This document shows positions 48,401-59,077 of a stretch of 64,000 nucleotides of DNA, one piece after another; position 1 is the first letter of the stretch, and each line of letters opens with the position of its first letter. The translations under genes were made by a program, and so were the position numbers. Under the pieces are notes generated by a model. That model ran no database searches. It saw only the letters and a program-made list of their open reading frames with translations, and was not told the origin of the DNA. Source of the stretch: an uncultured Desulfatitalea sp. (GTDB taxonomy: Bacteria; Desulfobacterota; Desulfobacteria; Desulfobacterales; Desulfosarcinaceae); assembly GCA_963668675.2 (NCBI GenBank), contig CAXXMB010000001.1:1344001-1408000 (forward strand). The letters are read 5' to 3'.

Positions 48401-50116
48401 TTATTCATTCATGGCATATTCGCCATTGAGTGAAGCGACATATGTTTCCCATACCCGATCGTATTGGGCAGTGTCTCCCTGGGATTTGATCAGCATGATC
48501 TCCTTGCAATAGGCCCGCTGCTCATCTTTGGTATTGTGCATTCCGTATATCTGCAACGCAAAACCGGCAAAATCACTCACCATAAAATCGAACATCTGGT
48601 TAACGATATCGCTGTCAATGTTGCTCAATGCGCACTGTTCCAAAATCAACTGGCCGTAGACCACCACCGAAAACATTTCACCCAACGGCAGTGAAAAAGA
48701 GGAATCCCGGTCCTGCGCCTTATCGGGACCTGCTTTTTCCAACAGCTCTTTGAAGTGTTCAATCTGCTGTATAAAAAGGGCCACGTTGGGAAGAGCGGCA
48801 GAGGTTTCAAATATGGGCCGGTAATCATGAAACGACACTTTGCCCAGTCCGCCTGCCGGCCCTTGATTGAAAATGAATAGGTCGTCTTTCTCGGAAAAGT
48901 CGGGTTTGACCTCTTCGTAGGGTTGCGGATTGAAAAAGTAGTTCTTCATGAATTTACGGATCAGTTGGACGTTTACATGCACCGTCCCTTCAAGCTTAGA
49001 GGGGCCGCGAACTTCACTGGTAGCGGTAAAAAAGTAGGTGTCTTTTTCAAACCCTTTGGCGGCTATTACATCCCACAGCAGGTTAATGACCTCTTCGGAT
49101 TGCAGGGTCACTTTCATTTTACTGGTGGGATTGTAAAGCATATAGCGTCGGTCGTCTTTCGATGCGCTGCGGAAATAATCTGTGGCCCTGCGCTGATAAA
49201 GCTTCATACCCATCAACCGCAGCCAGGCCTCCATGAAATTGCGGCGCACATGCGGCATGTCGGTCACGCGCCGGCCGTAAAGGATACGGTTGCTGGCATG
49301 GGTGATCGCCTCGTAGAAACTGTGCTCGGACATGCCGATAGAGCATGGGCCGATATTGAATTTGCCTATGTTGACGGTGTTCAGGGCGCAGTCCCAGGCA
49401 TGGGGTCCTCTTGAGAGAATATCCGCTTCGGTAATGGGGTAGTCATGCAGAGCGAAATTGGAGACATACTGCTGGTGAGATATCACGTTTTTCTTCAGTT
49501 CATAGGCTTTATGCTGATAGTTGGTCACGAAGAAGACGTAGTCGTCCGTTCCGTCCTTGACCTTGCCGAAGGTGGACACCATCTCCGCTTCATTTCCGTT
49601 GCCGATATAGTATTTTTCTCCGTTGGCGAGCCATGTGCCTTCGCCACCAGGGGTCAGTGCGGTTTCCGTTGAATAGATATCAGCACCGCGTTCCCTTTCG
49701 GAAAGACCGAATGCAAAAATAGCACCCTTTTTAAGCAACTGAGCGGCCTTCTTTTTGGCCGCTTCGTTTGGGCTCATCCAGATCGGTCCCAAGCCTAATA
49801 TAGTGACCTGAAAACAGTACCAGTAGCCCGAACCGTAAAAGGCCAGAAGCTCGCTGTATTCGTTGTTGCGGGCCGTATCCCAGCGGCAATCGGGATCGCC
49901 GTCGGCGTAGTCCTTGGGGGTCAACAGTTTAGCAAAAATCTGCTCGCGGCCGACAAAATCGACAAAATTCTTGTACCAGACTTTTTTATGAAAATTGTCG
50001 GTGAGTTGCGTCTTACCGATAGTTTCAAAGAAGTCGATGGTCTTGTCCATGATGGCCCGCGATCCGGCATCAGCCATCAAATGCTGGTACTTTTTGGGTT
50101 GCAACAGGTAATTCAT
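48401..50116 (-). CDS. Acyl-CoA dehydrogenase family protein
   Basis: FGLSERERGAD, NGEKYYIGNGN, KLEGT. Confidence 0.85.
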   Translation of the reverse strand: MNYLLQPKKYQHLMADAGSRAIMDKTIDFFETIGKTQLTDNFHKKVWYKNFVDFVGREQIFAKLLTPKDYADGDPDCRWDTARNNEYSELLAFYGSGYWYCFQVTILGLGPIWMSPNEAAKKKAAQLLKKGAIFAFGLSERERGADIYSTETALTPGGEGTWLANGEKYYIGNGNEAEMVSTFGKVKDGTDDYVFFVTNYQHKAYELKKNVISHQQYVSNFALHDYPITEADILSRGPHAWDCALNTVNIGKFNIGPCSIGMSEHSFYEAITHASNRILYGRRVTDMPHVRRNFMEAWLRLMGMKLYQRRATDYFRSASKDDRRYMLYNPTSKMKVTLQSEEVINLLWDVIAAKGFEKDTYFFTATSEVRGPSKLEGTVHVNVQLIRKFMKNYFFNPQPYEEVKPDFSEKDDLFIFNQGPAGGLGKVSFHDYRPIFETSAALPNVALFIQQIEHFKELLEKAGPDKAQDRDSSFSLPLGEMFSVVVYGQLILEQCALSNIDSDIVNQMFDFMVSDFAGFALQIYGMHNTKDEQRAYCKEIMLIKSQGDTAQYDRVWETYVASLNGEYAMNE

Positions 50117-50166
50117 TTACCTCATCCCCTTCGATGTGTGCTTTCGTCTTCCAATGTCGGAGAAAA

Positions 50167-50625
50167 CTACAGGAAGATCATCCCGAGCGCCTCGGCGACG
50201 CACGCCGGCTTTTCCTCTCCTTCGATTTCAATGGTATGCGTATTGGTGACCAGGATCTGATTCGGTTTTTTCTCTTCCACCGCCGTGATCACCATTTTGG
50301 AGCGTACCCTGGAGCCTACCTTCACCGGATTGATAAAACGGACCTTGTTCAATCCGTAATTGATGGACATTTTGGCACCTTCAATAGCATATTTGCCGGC
50401 ATAGCTGAAGACCGGAACAAGTGACAGGGTCAGAAAGCCATGGGCAATTGGGGTGCCGAACGGCCCTTGTTTGGCCTTTTCGACATCGACGTGAATCCAC
50501 TGGTGGTCTTCGGTCACATCTGCAAAGCGATTGATCTTCTCCTGATCGATCACGATCCAGTCCGTTGTCCCGTTGTCCTGTCCGATGAGCTGTTTGAATT
50601 TCTCTAAGGGTAATCTTTCCGTCAC
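50167..50625 (-). CDS. MaoC-family dehydratase
   Basis: FADVTEDHQWIHVD, AHGFLTLSL, NYGLNKVRF. Confidence 0.92.
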   Translation of the reverse strand: MTERLPLEKFKQLIGQDNGTTDWIVIDQEKINRFADVTEDHQWIHVDVEKAKQGPFGTPIAHGFLTLSLVPVFSYAGKYAIEGAKMSINYGLNKVRFINPVKVGSRVRSKMVITAVEEKKPNQILVTNTHTIEIEGEEKPACVAEALGMIFL

Positions 50626-50665
50626 AACACGCCTCCTTGGTATATGATTTTTAGGTCATCTTGCA

Positions 50666-51016
50666 CTAGAGCACTTCCATGTTCGTAATAGTGTACTCCC
50701 GCCCGGAGATTAATCGGCCGCTTTTCTGCCCGCATTGGGGGCACGGCATGTCGATCTCGTCGGCGGCCTCCACGGTGTATGATGCATCGCAGGCGTTGCA
50801 TTTCAGCCCGATCGGTGTACGCTCGATCTGAAGTTTTGCACCTTCGGCCATCGTTCCCCGACTCACGTAATCGAAATAGCGCTGCATCCATTCATCTTCC
50901 ATATCGCTCAATTTGCCGATTTTGAGATGAATCGTCATGATCCGGAGAACGCTGTTCTTTTCAGCGTGCGCCAGCACAACCTTCAGAATGCTTTCGGTGA
51001 CAGGCAGTTCATGCAT
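50666..51016 (-). CDS. hypA: HypA-family nickel metallochaperone
   Basis: MHE start, CNAC, CPQC, ISGRE. Confidence 0.9.
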   Translation of the reverse strand: MHELPVTESILKVVLAHAEKNSVLRIMTIHLKIGKLSDMEDEWMQRYFDYVSRGTMAEGAKLQIERTPIGLKCNACDASYTVEAADEIDMPCPQCGQKSGRLISGREYTITNMEVL

Positions 51017-51040
51017 GGGCTAAAACCATTCGCCCCTTCC

Positions 51041-52042
51041 TCATGCGGGGACAAAATCCCGCGCTCGCACCTCTTTTAGCTTCAAGGCCTCCGTCGGACA
51101 GACCACCGTACAGACGCCGCAACCCAAACACTTTTCAGCATCCACTTCGGCATGATCATCTGCCATGGAAAGCGCGTCGAAGAAGCATCGCTCGATACAG
51201 GTCTCACATCCGCTGCAAAGCTCAGTGTCTACCACGGCCTCGAAACGGCTCGGGGCGACCCATTTTTTCGGCCCCTTCATCACCGCCCAGTTCAGACAGC
51301 AATCATTGCAGCAGTTGCAGATCACGTGCCCTACCGTCTGGCGGTTGTCGACCGTATGCACCAACCCCTCCTCCCGGCATCTTTTCAAAATATCGATGGC
51401 TTCGCTTTTAGAGAGCGCACGGCCCGTGCCTCTTTCGATATTGTAATCAGCGGCACGGTCCACCTGCATGCAGACCTCCAGCGGCTTGCTGCAGGTTCCG
51501 GAAATGACGCGGCAAGAACATTTGGTCACGGAGAGGGTCCTGGCCCCCTCAACGATCTTCACGACATCATCGTAAGCCAGTATCTGGGATAGGGGCTCTA
51601 TGCTCTCATTGACAGGGACAACCCGCATGATGGCACCGGGCATTGCATCCATGATGGCCCGGCCATATGTCGGCCACTCCTCAGCCATATACACTTTCCA
51701 CAAATCCAGAACCTGTCTCGATATGCCGGGCGTCAGACTGGTGGAATCGTGCATCTGCGGGATTGACTTTACCCGGTACCACTTCTTGTCGCCGCCTCTG
51801 GTGGCTTTGAAAATCAGACCCCTGTGAAACAGGGAGTCCATCATTGCGAGGACGGCCTCTTCGGTTAGACCGGCCTTTTGGGCCAGCTCTTCAGCGGTGG
51901 CGGGAGGCGCCGCCAGGAGCATCACTTTGGCTTCATCATCAGTAACCAGAGCTTCAAAAATCTTTGGGATCATGGGCGACTGGCCGGCTCCGATGGCTTT
52001 AGCCAGTTCTTTGCACAACGCCATGTCTGTCATAGGAATCAT
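51041..52042 (-). CDS. 4Fe-4S dicluster protein with N-terminal wHTH
   Basis: CSCR, ICNCCNDCC, CSGCETCIERC, CLGCGVCTVVCP. Confidence 0.88.
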   Translation of the reverse strand: MIPMTDMALCKELAKAIGAGQSPMIPKIFEALVTDDEAKVMLLAAPPATAEELAQKAGLTEEAVLAMMDSLFHRGLIFKATRGGDKKWYRVKSIPQMHDSTSLTPGISRQVLDLWKVYMAEEWPTYGRAIMDAMPGAIMRVVPVNESIEPLSQILAYDDVVKIVEGARTLSVTKCSCRVISGTCSKPLEVCMQVDRAADYNIERGTGRALSKSEAIDILKRCREEGLVHTVDNRQTVGHVICNCCNDCCLNWAVMKGPKKWVAPSRFEAVVDTELCSGCETCIERCFFDALSMADDHAEVDAEKCLGCGVCTVVCPTEALKLKEVRARDFVPA

Positions 52043-52205
52043 CCTCCCTTTCAGCTAAGAGTTGTGGTCGTGCGGTCGCGATACCAAGGCAATTATGATA
52101 CCAACGTGGTCCCAGTTCTCTCGTCTTATTATTCATCTGTTTTCTTAAGCTTACTGCTTATTTCCACTTGTATGTTATCAGAGAAGAGGGAATCCGCCTG
52201 GGGAA

Positions 52206-54017
52206 TCATCCACCAAAGGAGGCTTCATCAATCTCGACGGCGGCCTTGCTGCCCTTTTCGATGGAATTCATGCTACCCAGAGTGACCGGCAGCACCGTGT
52301 TGATGAAAAAGTCGGCGCCTTTGATCTGGCCCTGGTAAAAAGGCACATCCTTCTTTTTGGCGCCGTCGGCCAGTTTGGTTGCAGCCACATGGGCCCGCCA
52401 CAGGAGCATCCAGGCCATAGTCACATCGCCCATGGCATTCAGAAACGGCGTGGCGTGAGCGAAAGCGGTTTTAAATTCCGCTGAAGCAGCGCGTTTGCCA
52501 ATCGTCATGGCGGTTTCACCCAGGCGTTTCACCGCGTTTTCCATTTCAGCAGCCATCTCTTTCAGCTCGTCGATCTCTTTGGCTTTGTTGATCACATCGG
52601 ACATCTGAGTGATCATCTCCATAAAGGTGGCGCCCTTGTTCCACCCCAGTTTGCGACCCAGCAGGTCCATGGCCTGGATGCCGTTGGTGCCTTCATAGAG
52701 GGAAGCGATCTTGGTATCGCGCATCAACTGCTCCACCGGGTACTCCTTGATAAAACCGTAACCACCATAGACCTGGATGGCCTGCACACAGATGTCGAAT
52801 CCGCGGTCGGAACCCAGTGATTTGATGATGGGGGTGAGCAGTCCAATCATATCGTCGCACGCCTTTTTTTCTTCGGCATCTTCGCTGCAATGGATGCGGT
52901 CGAAAAGCGACTCCACGTAATAAACCAAGCTGCGTAATCCCTCCACGTAGCACTTCATCCACATGAGCATGCGACGCACGTCCGGATGGCGAATGATGGG
53001 CACCTGGTCCGGTGCGTCTTTAGGGGCCCCCAATTCCCTACCCTGGAGCCGCTCACGCGCATAATTGAGCGCATACAGGTAGGCACGGGAGCCGGCGTAC
53101 AGTCCCTGGAATCCCACATCCTGGCGCGCCTCGTTCATCATGCCGAACATGATTTTCATGCCCATGCCCTCTTCTCCCAGCAAGTAGCCTTTGCACTTTC
53201 CTTTGCTGCCATAGGAGAGGCTGCAGGTGGCGCTTCCGTGGATGCCAGTCTTCTCCTCGACGCCGGTGCAGACCACGTCGTTGGGCTCGCCAAGGCTGCC
53301 GTCGTCATTGACCCAAATTTTAGGCACGATAAAGATGGAGATCCCCTTGGTTCCCGCAGGCGCGCCCTCCACGCGGGCAAGCACCGGGTGGATGATGTTT
53401 TCAGTCAAATCGTGATCCCCGTTGGTGATGAAGATCTTGTCTCCGGTGATGGCGTAAGTGCCGTCATCGTTCTTAACGGCCGAGGTGGTCAGCGCGCCGA
53501 CGTCGGAACCGGCATTGGGCTCGGTCAGCACCATGGTGCCCCCCCACTCTCCCTTATATAGTTTTTTTAAATAGAGATCTTTTTGCTCCTGGGTGCCGTG
53601 ATCCTCGATCATCTTGCCGGTGCCGTGGCCCATCTGTCCGTAGCCCACCACTGCACCGCAGGCCCCTGTCAGGTATTCCCTGGCGGCGCGGTCGATGATG
53701 TGGGGCAGCCCCTGCCCGCCAAACTCCGGATCTTCACACATGGAGGTAAATTCGTTTTCAAGCATCAGTTTGAACGGCTTGTGAAAGCTCTCCGGAACCG
53801 TAACCTTGCCATCTTTGAAGGTGACACCGATACGGTCGCTCTCTTCATAAATGGGTAGCAACTCCTTAATGGCGAATTTGCGTGCCTCGGTGATGATCAT
53901 TTCGAAGGTTTTGCGGTTCAGTCCGGCAAAGGCTTTTTCCTTGGCCAATTTCTCTGTGTCCAGCTGTTCATAAAGTACGAAATCGATGTCCCTGCGATCT
54001 GCAATCTCTTGTGCCAC
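52206..54017 (-). CDS. Acyl-CoA dehydrogenase (long, FadE5-like)
   Basis: TMVLTEPNAGSD, KIFITNGDHD, YEGTNGIQAMDL. Confidence 0.93.
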   Translation of the reverse strand: MAQEIADRRDIDFVLYEQLDTEKLAKEKAFAGLNRKTFEMIITEARKFAIKELLPIYEESDRIGVTFKDGKVTVPESFHKPFKLMLENEFTSMCEDPEFGGQGLPHIIDRAAREYLTGACGAVVGYGQMGHGTGKMIEDHGTQEQKDLYLKKLYKGEWGGTMVLTEPNAGSDVGALTTSAVKNDDGTYAITGDKIFITNGDHDLTENIIHPVLARVEGAPAGTKGISIFIVPKIWVNDDGSLGEPNDVVCTGVEEKTGIHGSATCSLSYGSKGKCKGYLLGEEGMGMKIMFGMMNEARQDVGFQGLYAGSRAYLYALNYARERLQGRELGAPKDAPDQVPIIRHPDVRRMLMWMKCYVEGLRSLVYYVESLFDRIHCSEDAEEKKACDDMIGLLTPIIKSLGSDRGFDICVQAIQVYGGYGFIKEYPVEQLMRDTKIASLYEGTNGIQAMDLLGRKLGWNKGATFMEMITQMSDVINKAKEIDELKEMAAEMENAVKRLGETAMTIGKRAASAEFKTAFAHATPFLNAMGDVTMAWMLLWRAHVAATKLADGAKKKDVPFYQGQIKGADFFINTVLPVTLGSMNSIEKGSKAAVEIDEASFGG

Positions 54018-54219
54018 TTGAAAATCCTCCCGCTTGTTAGTCCTTATTCAAAAAAAAGCCGTGATTCGTCGCACCGAGCCCGGCCTGCATACCATTTGGA
54101 TGCACAAACTATTATCCTATGGTATCACCCAAAACAATAGATGATTGGTCACTCTCTTGGTAAGTCGCTCCGTTGTTCCGATTGAAAAGGGGGTTGGCGT
54201 GTGACTATCTCCCCAAATC

Positions 54220-54251
54220 AAAAAGGGCCGCCTCTTATGAGGCGACCCTTT
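54220..54251 (-). terminator. Terminator downstream of tRNA pair
   Basis: AAAAAGGGCCGCCTC-TTAT-GAGGCGACCCTTT. Confidence 0.7.
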
Positions 54252-54263
54252 GATAAGGATAGT

Positions 54264-54341
54264 TGGCGTCCCCAAGGGGATTCGAACCCCTGTCGCCGGC
54301 GTGAAAGGCCGGTGTCCTGGGCCAGGCTAGACGATGGGGAC
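54264..54341 (-). tRNA. tRNA-Glu(TTC)
   Basis: Full cloverleaf on minus strand, anticodon loop CT-TTC-AC, GGTTCGAATCC, CCA end. Confidence 0.95.
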
Positions 54342-54372
54342 GAAGCCTGTATCTCTTTTTAACATTACGAGC

Positions 54373-54448
54373 TGGTGGGCCGTGTTGGGCTCGAACCAAC
54401 GACTCTCTGCTTAAAAGGCAGATACTCTACCGACTGAGTTAACGGCCC
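54373..54448 (-). tRNA. tRNA-Lys(TTT)
   Basis: Full cloverleaf, anticodon loop CT-TTT-AA, GGTTCGAGCCC, CCA end. Confidence 0.95.
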
Positions 54449-54547
54449 CCGAAACAAAAAATGCGTATCTACCCTCTGATTCAGGGTTTGTCAACCATTT
54501 TTGAAAAGATTGGACCTTTTTGTACAGGGTTTCGATCCCCTTCTGCC

Positions 54548-55999
54548 CTACTTTCTCCAAAACTCCGGAACGAGAAGTATAAGAACCGTATATATTTCCA
54601 ATCGACCAAGGAGCATACACCAGATGAGCAGCCACTTGCCCATGATGGGGATCTGGGCATAGTTCTCAACCGGTCCGACATCCCCGAATCCCGGGCCGAT
54701 GTTACCGATGGTGGCTGCCACTGCACCGAAGGCGGTGACGAAATCGACCCCGAAACCGGCCAATATGATCGTGGACAGGCCGAACAGCGCAATGTAGAGG
54801 GCCAGAAATCCCAGCACGCTGCGCATCACATCTTCGGAGACCGACTGGCCGCCCAGCTTGATCGTAGTAATGGCTCTTGGATGCACTAGGGCAAAGAGCT
54901 CCTTGTAACAGTATTTAAAGCAGAGCATTATTCTCAGGCACTTCATGCCCCCACCGGTCGATCCGGCCGAGGCGCCTAAAAACATGCATGCAAGCAGGAT
55001 ATGCTGAGACATGGCCGGCCAGCCCTCATAATCGGCCGTGGCAAATCCGGTGGTGGTGACAATCGAAACCACCTGAAAGGCACCGTATCGAATGGCTTGG
55101 CCGATAGTGGTGTAAATATTGCCGTTTAAGAGATCGCAGCTCACCAGTAGCGTGAGTACCAGCACGGCTCCGAGAAAGAAGCGGCACTCCCTGTCTCGCC
55201 AAAAGGCAAGTGGCTGTCCACGCAGCAACTGGTAATGAAGCGAAAAATTGATCCCTGCCATGATCATGAAGAAGATAATGACAAAGTCGAGGTAGGCACT
55301 GTCAAAATGGGCAACGGATGCGTTCATGGTTGAAAAACCACCGGTGGGCATGGTGGTGAAGGCGTGACACAACGCATCGAAGAAGCTCATCCCGCCCAAC
55401 ATCAGCAAGACGATCTGGACCGCGGAAAAGAGCGCATACACTTTCCACAAAATCGTGGCGGTGTCCCGGATGCGGGGTTTCAGTTTATCGGGAACAGGGC
55501 TTGGCACTTCAGCTTTATAAAGCTGCATTCCTCCAACGCCTAGAAAAGGCAGAATGGCAATGGAAAGCACAATGATCCCCATTCCCCCCAGCCACTGAAT
55601 GAAACTGCGCCAGAGCAGAAGCCCCTTTGGCAGTGCCTCGATGTTGGTCAAAATCGAGGCGCCTGTCGTAGTAAAACCGCTGACCGATTCGAAGATGGCG
55701 TCGACCAACACCCAATGACCGGATGCCAGATAGAACGGCAGGGCGCCAAAAAAGCCCACCGCAGTCCATCCCACGGTTACAATCGCCATGCCTTCTCGCT
55801 GGCTGATGTTGGCGACACGTCCTTTGCGAAACGTCAGGAACAGGGCACCCCCGATCACGATGGTCGCCACCATGGATTTGATGAGCGGCAGGACACTTTG
55901 GTCCGCATAGAGAATGCCGCAAACCAGCGGCACCACCATCGTGAGGCCGAGGAAGAAAATCAGGGCGCCAACGACATAGATAATGTACTGCCAGCGCAT
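54548..55999 (-). CDS. trkH: Trk potassium uptake membrane protein
   Basis: FESVSGFTTTG, QWLGGMG, TGGF, GSTGGG, GRLEIY. Confidence 0.95.
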   Translation of the reverse strand: MRWQYIIYVVGALIFFLGLTMVVPLVCGILYADQSVLPLIKSMVATIVIGGALFLTFRKGRVANISQREGMAIVTVGWTAVGFFGALPFYLASGHWVLVDAIFESVSGFTTTGASILTNIEALPKGLLLWRSFIQWLGGMGIIVLSIAILPFLGVGGMQLYKAEVPSPVPDKLKPRIRDTATILWKVYALFSAVQIVLLMLGGMSFFDALCHAFTTMPTGGFSTMNASVAHFDSAYLDFVIIFFMIMAGINFSLHYQLLRGQPLAFWRDRECRFFLGAVLVLTLLVSCDLLNGNIYTTIGQAIRYGAFQVVSIVTTTGFATADYEGWPAMSQHILLACMFLGASAGSTGGGMKCLRIMLCFKYCYKELFALVHPRAITTIKLGGQSVSEDVMRSVLGFLALYIALFGLSTIILAGFGVDFVTAFGAVAATIGNIGPGFGDVGPVENYAQIPIMGKWLLIWCMLLGRLEIYTVLILLVPEFWRK

Positions 56000-57363
56000 C
56001 AGAAATACTCCAGCTTGACGGCCAGGATTTTCTCAATGCCTGAGATGGCACTGCGATGGGCGAAGATAATGGTACGATCGTTGGGCTCGATCACACTGTC
56101 GCCCGTGGGGATAATGATCTCATCGCCGCGGATGATTCCAGCCACGATGGCGCCTTTGGGAAAGGAGATTTTCTTCAAGGGCTTTCCCACGATCTCGGAC
56201 GTCTCTAGCGCAACGGCCTCCATCGCTTCGGCCTGTTCCCCCTTCAAAGAGACAGCCGACAACAGCTTTCCCCGTCGGATGTGCTGGAGGATCGTATTGA
56301 TGGCCGACAGTCTCGGACTCACCACCTGTTCGATGCCGATGGCGGTCATTAAGGGGAAATAACTGAATTTGCTTATCTTGGTGATGGCCTTGCCGGCGCC
56401 CAGACGCCGTGCCAGAAGGGAGGAGAGGATATTGGTCTCTTCGTCATTGGTGAGGGTCACCACGACGTCGATATCGCCGATGTTCTCCTCATTGAGCAGG
56501 TTCTGGTCCGACCCGTCGCCATGCAAGACAATGGTCTTGTTCAATCGCTCTGCCAGAACCGCACATCGCTCGGCACTCTTCTCTATGATTTTGCAGTAGA
56601 TCGATTGTGCTTCCAGTTGGACGGCCAATCGGTAGCCGATACGACCGCCGCCAATGATCATCACGCGCTTCACCGGCTCGGCATGCTTATCGAAGATGGA
56701 GAGTGCATCATGCAACTCCTTCTCTTCACTGATAAAATAGACGAGGTCTCCGGGCAGCAGCTGATCTTTCCCGGTGGGGATGATCAACTCATCTTCCCGA
56801 ACCACCGCTGCGATCAGTAACCGCCTCTTGCCAATAATGTCCGGCAGTTCGGAGAGGCGCACCCCAGCCAACCGGGCATCAGGCTCCAGATAGACACCCA
56901 CGAACTTGATCCGACCGTCGGCGAATTCGCCCACATCGACAGCGCCCGGCACGCGCATCAGGCGCTCGATGGTCTTGACGACCTCGATCTCCGGGTTGAT
57001 GACGGTATCGATATGGGGCACCTGTTCCCGAAACGTTTCGTGGTATTGATCGAAATCGGCACCCCGAATACGGGCCAGTTTCTTGGTGCTGGGCGAAAGG
57101 AGATCGGCGACAAGGCAAGCGACCAGATTGGTCTCATCCTGATTGGTGACCGCCAGCAAAATTTCAGCCTGACGGATGCCGGCATCTGTAAGAACGGATG
57201 GGCTGCTGCCGCTGCCATTGATGGTCTGCACATCCATGCTCTCAGAAACCCGCCTGAGTGCATCTGCATCCTTATCAATGACAACCACTTCTTTGTTCTC
57301 TAGTGCCAGACGACCGGCGATGTGGTAGCCAACCTCGCCTGCACCGACAATTAATATCTTCAA
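55999..57363 (-). CDS. trkA: Trk potassium uptake NAD-binding subunit
   Basis: Two RCK N/C repeats: GAGEVG and GGGRIG. Confidence 0.95.
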   Translation of the reverse strand: MKILIVGAGEVGYHIAGRLALENKEVVVIDKDADALRRVSESMDVQTINGSGSSPSVLTDAGIRQAEILLAVTNQDETNLVACLVADLLSPSTKKLARIRGADFDQYHETFREQVPHIDTVINPEIEVVKTIERLMRVPGAVDVGEFADGRIKFVGVYLEPDARLAGVRLSELPDIIGKRRLLIAAVVREDELIIPTGKDQLLPGDLVYFISEEKELHDALSIFDKHAEPVKRVMIIGGGRIGYRLAVQLEAQSIYCKIIEKSAERCAVLAERLNKTIVLHGDGSDQNLLNEENIGDIDVVVTLTNDEETNILSSLLARRLGAGKAITKISKFSYFPLMTAIGIEQVVSPRLSAINTILQHIRRGKLLSAVSLKGEQAEAMEAVALETSEIVGKPLKKISFPKGAIVAGIIRGDEIIIPTGDSVIEPNDRTIIFAHRSAISGIEKILAVKLEYF

Positions 57364-57530
57364 ACTTGTTCTCCCCCTAGTCGAGTCAAAACGACGCCGT
57401 AAATGAAGACCCTGTTCGACTCAATTACGGGATCAGAACTTACTATAGCCTCCCAAGAAGTGTCAATTATTAGATATAATATTGAAATAGGTGCAGTAGT
57501 GAGAAGTGGTTCTGTCCAGAGAAAATCGAT

Positions 57531-58286
57531 TCAGGCCAATAGCATGGCGCCGCAGAGCAAAAGCGCAATCGCCAATGCAATCATATCACCTCTTTTAAAC
57601 TTCCACTGGTGGGGGGTGCGGTATTCACTGTAGCCTCTGGAAGCAATGGCAACGGCCATTCGGTCCGCAGAGAGAAAAGATCGCCTCATGAGCGGCAAGG
57701 CCATCATTTTCATTCGATAAAGGGGATTCTTGCGATTTTCGATCGCTCTTGAGCGCTGGGCGTCGGCGATCTCCTTGGCTTGGGTGAGGATCAATGAGAT
57801 CGATCGCATCAGCAGGCCGAGCATCAATCCGACGCTGGGGGCCGACCGTCCCAACAGGGGCCGTAATCCCCATTCGACGGCCGCGCTGATGTCGACACTC
57901 CTCGTGCTGGCGGTCAGTCCCATACCGAAGCATACGATCAGGATCCAGCGCCAGCATATCATTGCCCCCACCACCGCCCCCTGGCGGGTCAACTCAAGGC
58001 CGCACCAAGCGATCAGCGGATCCCCAGGCGTGTTGAAGCAGCGAATCATCCACACCACCAGCAACAGCAGGAGAAACCACCTCAATTCATGAAGCGCCTG
58101 CCGAATAGGCAAACGGAGCTGGGATAAGACCAGCATCGCAGCGGCACTTGCTATCATCAATCCAACCTGCTGCGCATGCAGGGTCGTGATGCTGATCGCC
58201 ACCAGGATCGACAGCTTCACTCTGACATCCACAAGATGAATCGGTGTGGGTCTATAACGATACCCGAAGACGGTCAGCTGAGCCAT
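57531..58286 (-). CDS. ECF transporter T component (BioN-like)
   Basis: DVRVKL, AQRSR, AIASRGY motifs. Confidence 0.85.
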   Translation of the reverse strand: MAQLTVFGYRYRPTPIHLVDVRVKLSILVAISITTLHAQQVGLMIASAAAMLVLSQLRLPIRQALHELRWFLLLLLVVWMIRCFNTPGDPLIAWCGLELTRQGAVVGAMICWRWILIVCFGMGLTASTRSVDISAAVEWGLRPLLGRSAPSVGLMLGLLMRSISLILTQAKEIADAQRSRAIENRKNPLYRMKMMALPLMRRSFLSADRMAVAIASRGYSEYRTPHQWKFKRGDMIALAIALLLCGAMLLA

Positions 58287-59077
58287 GATGCCACGGCCTT
58301 TCCATAACGCAATGCGCAGGGGGGGCGGATATCGAACTGCTCTACCTGTGGCAGCACCTCCAGGATGGGCCCGTCGGCGGCAACGCACCCCTTGCTCATG
58401 ATCACGATCCGCTGGGCCAGATCCCCCACCTTTTCCAGATCATGGGCCGCCAGCACAATGGTATGTCCCTGTCGATGTAATCGAACAATATGGGTGAGGA
58501 TCTGCTTAACACCGGGATAATCCAGATTGGTAAACGGCTCATCCATCACCAGCACTTCAGGGCGCATGGCCAGCACCCCGGCGATGGTGAGGCGTCGCCG
58601 CTCTCCGCCCGACAGCAAATGCGGGCTCTGATCCGAAAGATGCGCCAAGTCGAATTCTGTCAATACGCGTCGCACCGTTTGGTCGATGGTCGCCCTCTTC
58701 CAGCATAAGTTCTCTGGGCCGAAGGCCACATCCTCATAGACAGTCTGGCCGACGATCTGACTATCGGTATCCTGAAATACCATGCCCACCTTTCGCCGAG
58801 CTTTGGCCGGATCCTTCTTTACAGAAATCCCATCGACAGAGACCTCTCCCTGTTGGGGCAGCAGGAGCCCGTTCAAGTGTCTCAGGAGCGTTGTTTTACC
58901 CGATCCGTTTGCACCTGCGACCAGGACAAACTCTCCCTTCGCTATCGACAGGGAGATATCGAATATCCCTCCCTGGCCGCTGTCAAAACGATGGGTGAGA
59001 TGGCGCACCTCGATGATGGCGCAACGATCCCCCTCCTTTTCCGGAGCGAGGAGCTTACGTTCTTCTGTCCGTATCAT
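58274..59077 (-). CDS. ECF transporter ATPase (BioM-like)
   Basis: GANGSGKT, LSGGE, DEPF. Confidence 0.9.
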   Translation of the reverse strand: MIRTEERKLLAPEKEGDRCAIIEVRHLTHRFDSGQGGIFDISLSIAKGEFVLVAGANGSGKTTLLRHLNGLLLPQQGEVSVDGISVKKDPAKARRKVGMVFQDTDSQIVGQTVYEDVAFGPENLCWKRATIDQTVRRVLTEFDLAHLSDQSPHLLSGGERRRLTIAGVLAMRPEVLVMDEPFTNLDYPGVKQILTHIVRLHRQGHTIVLAAHDLEKVGDLAQRIVIMSKGCVAADGPILEVLPQVEQFDIRPPCALRYGKAVASWLS

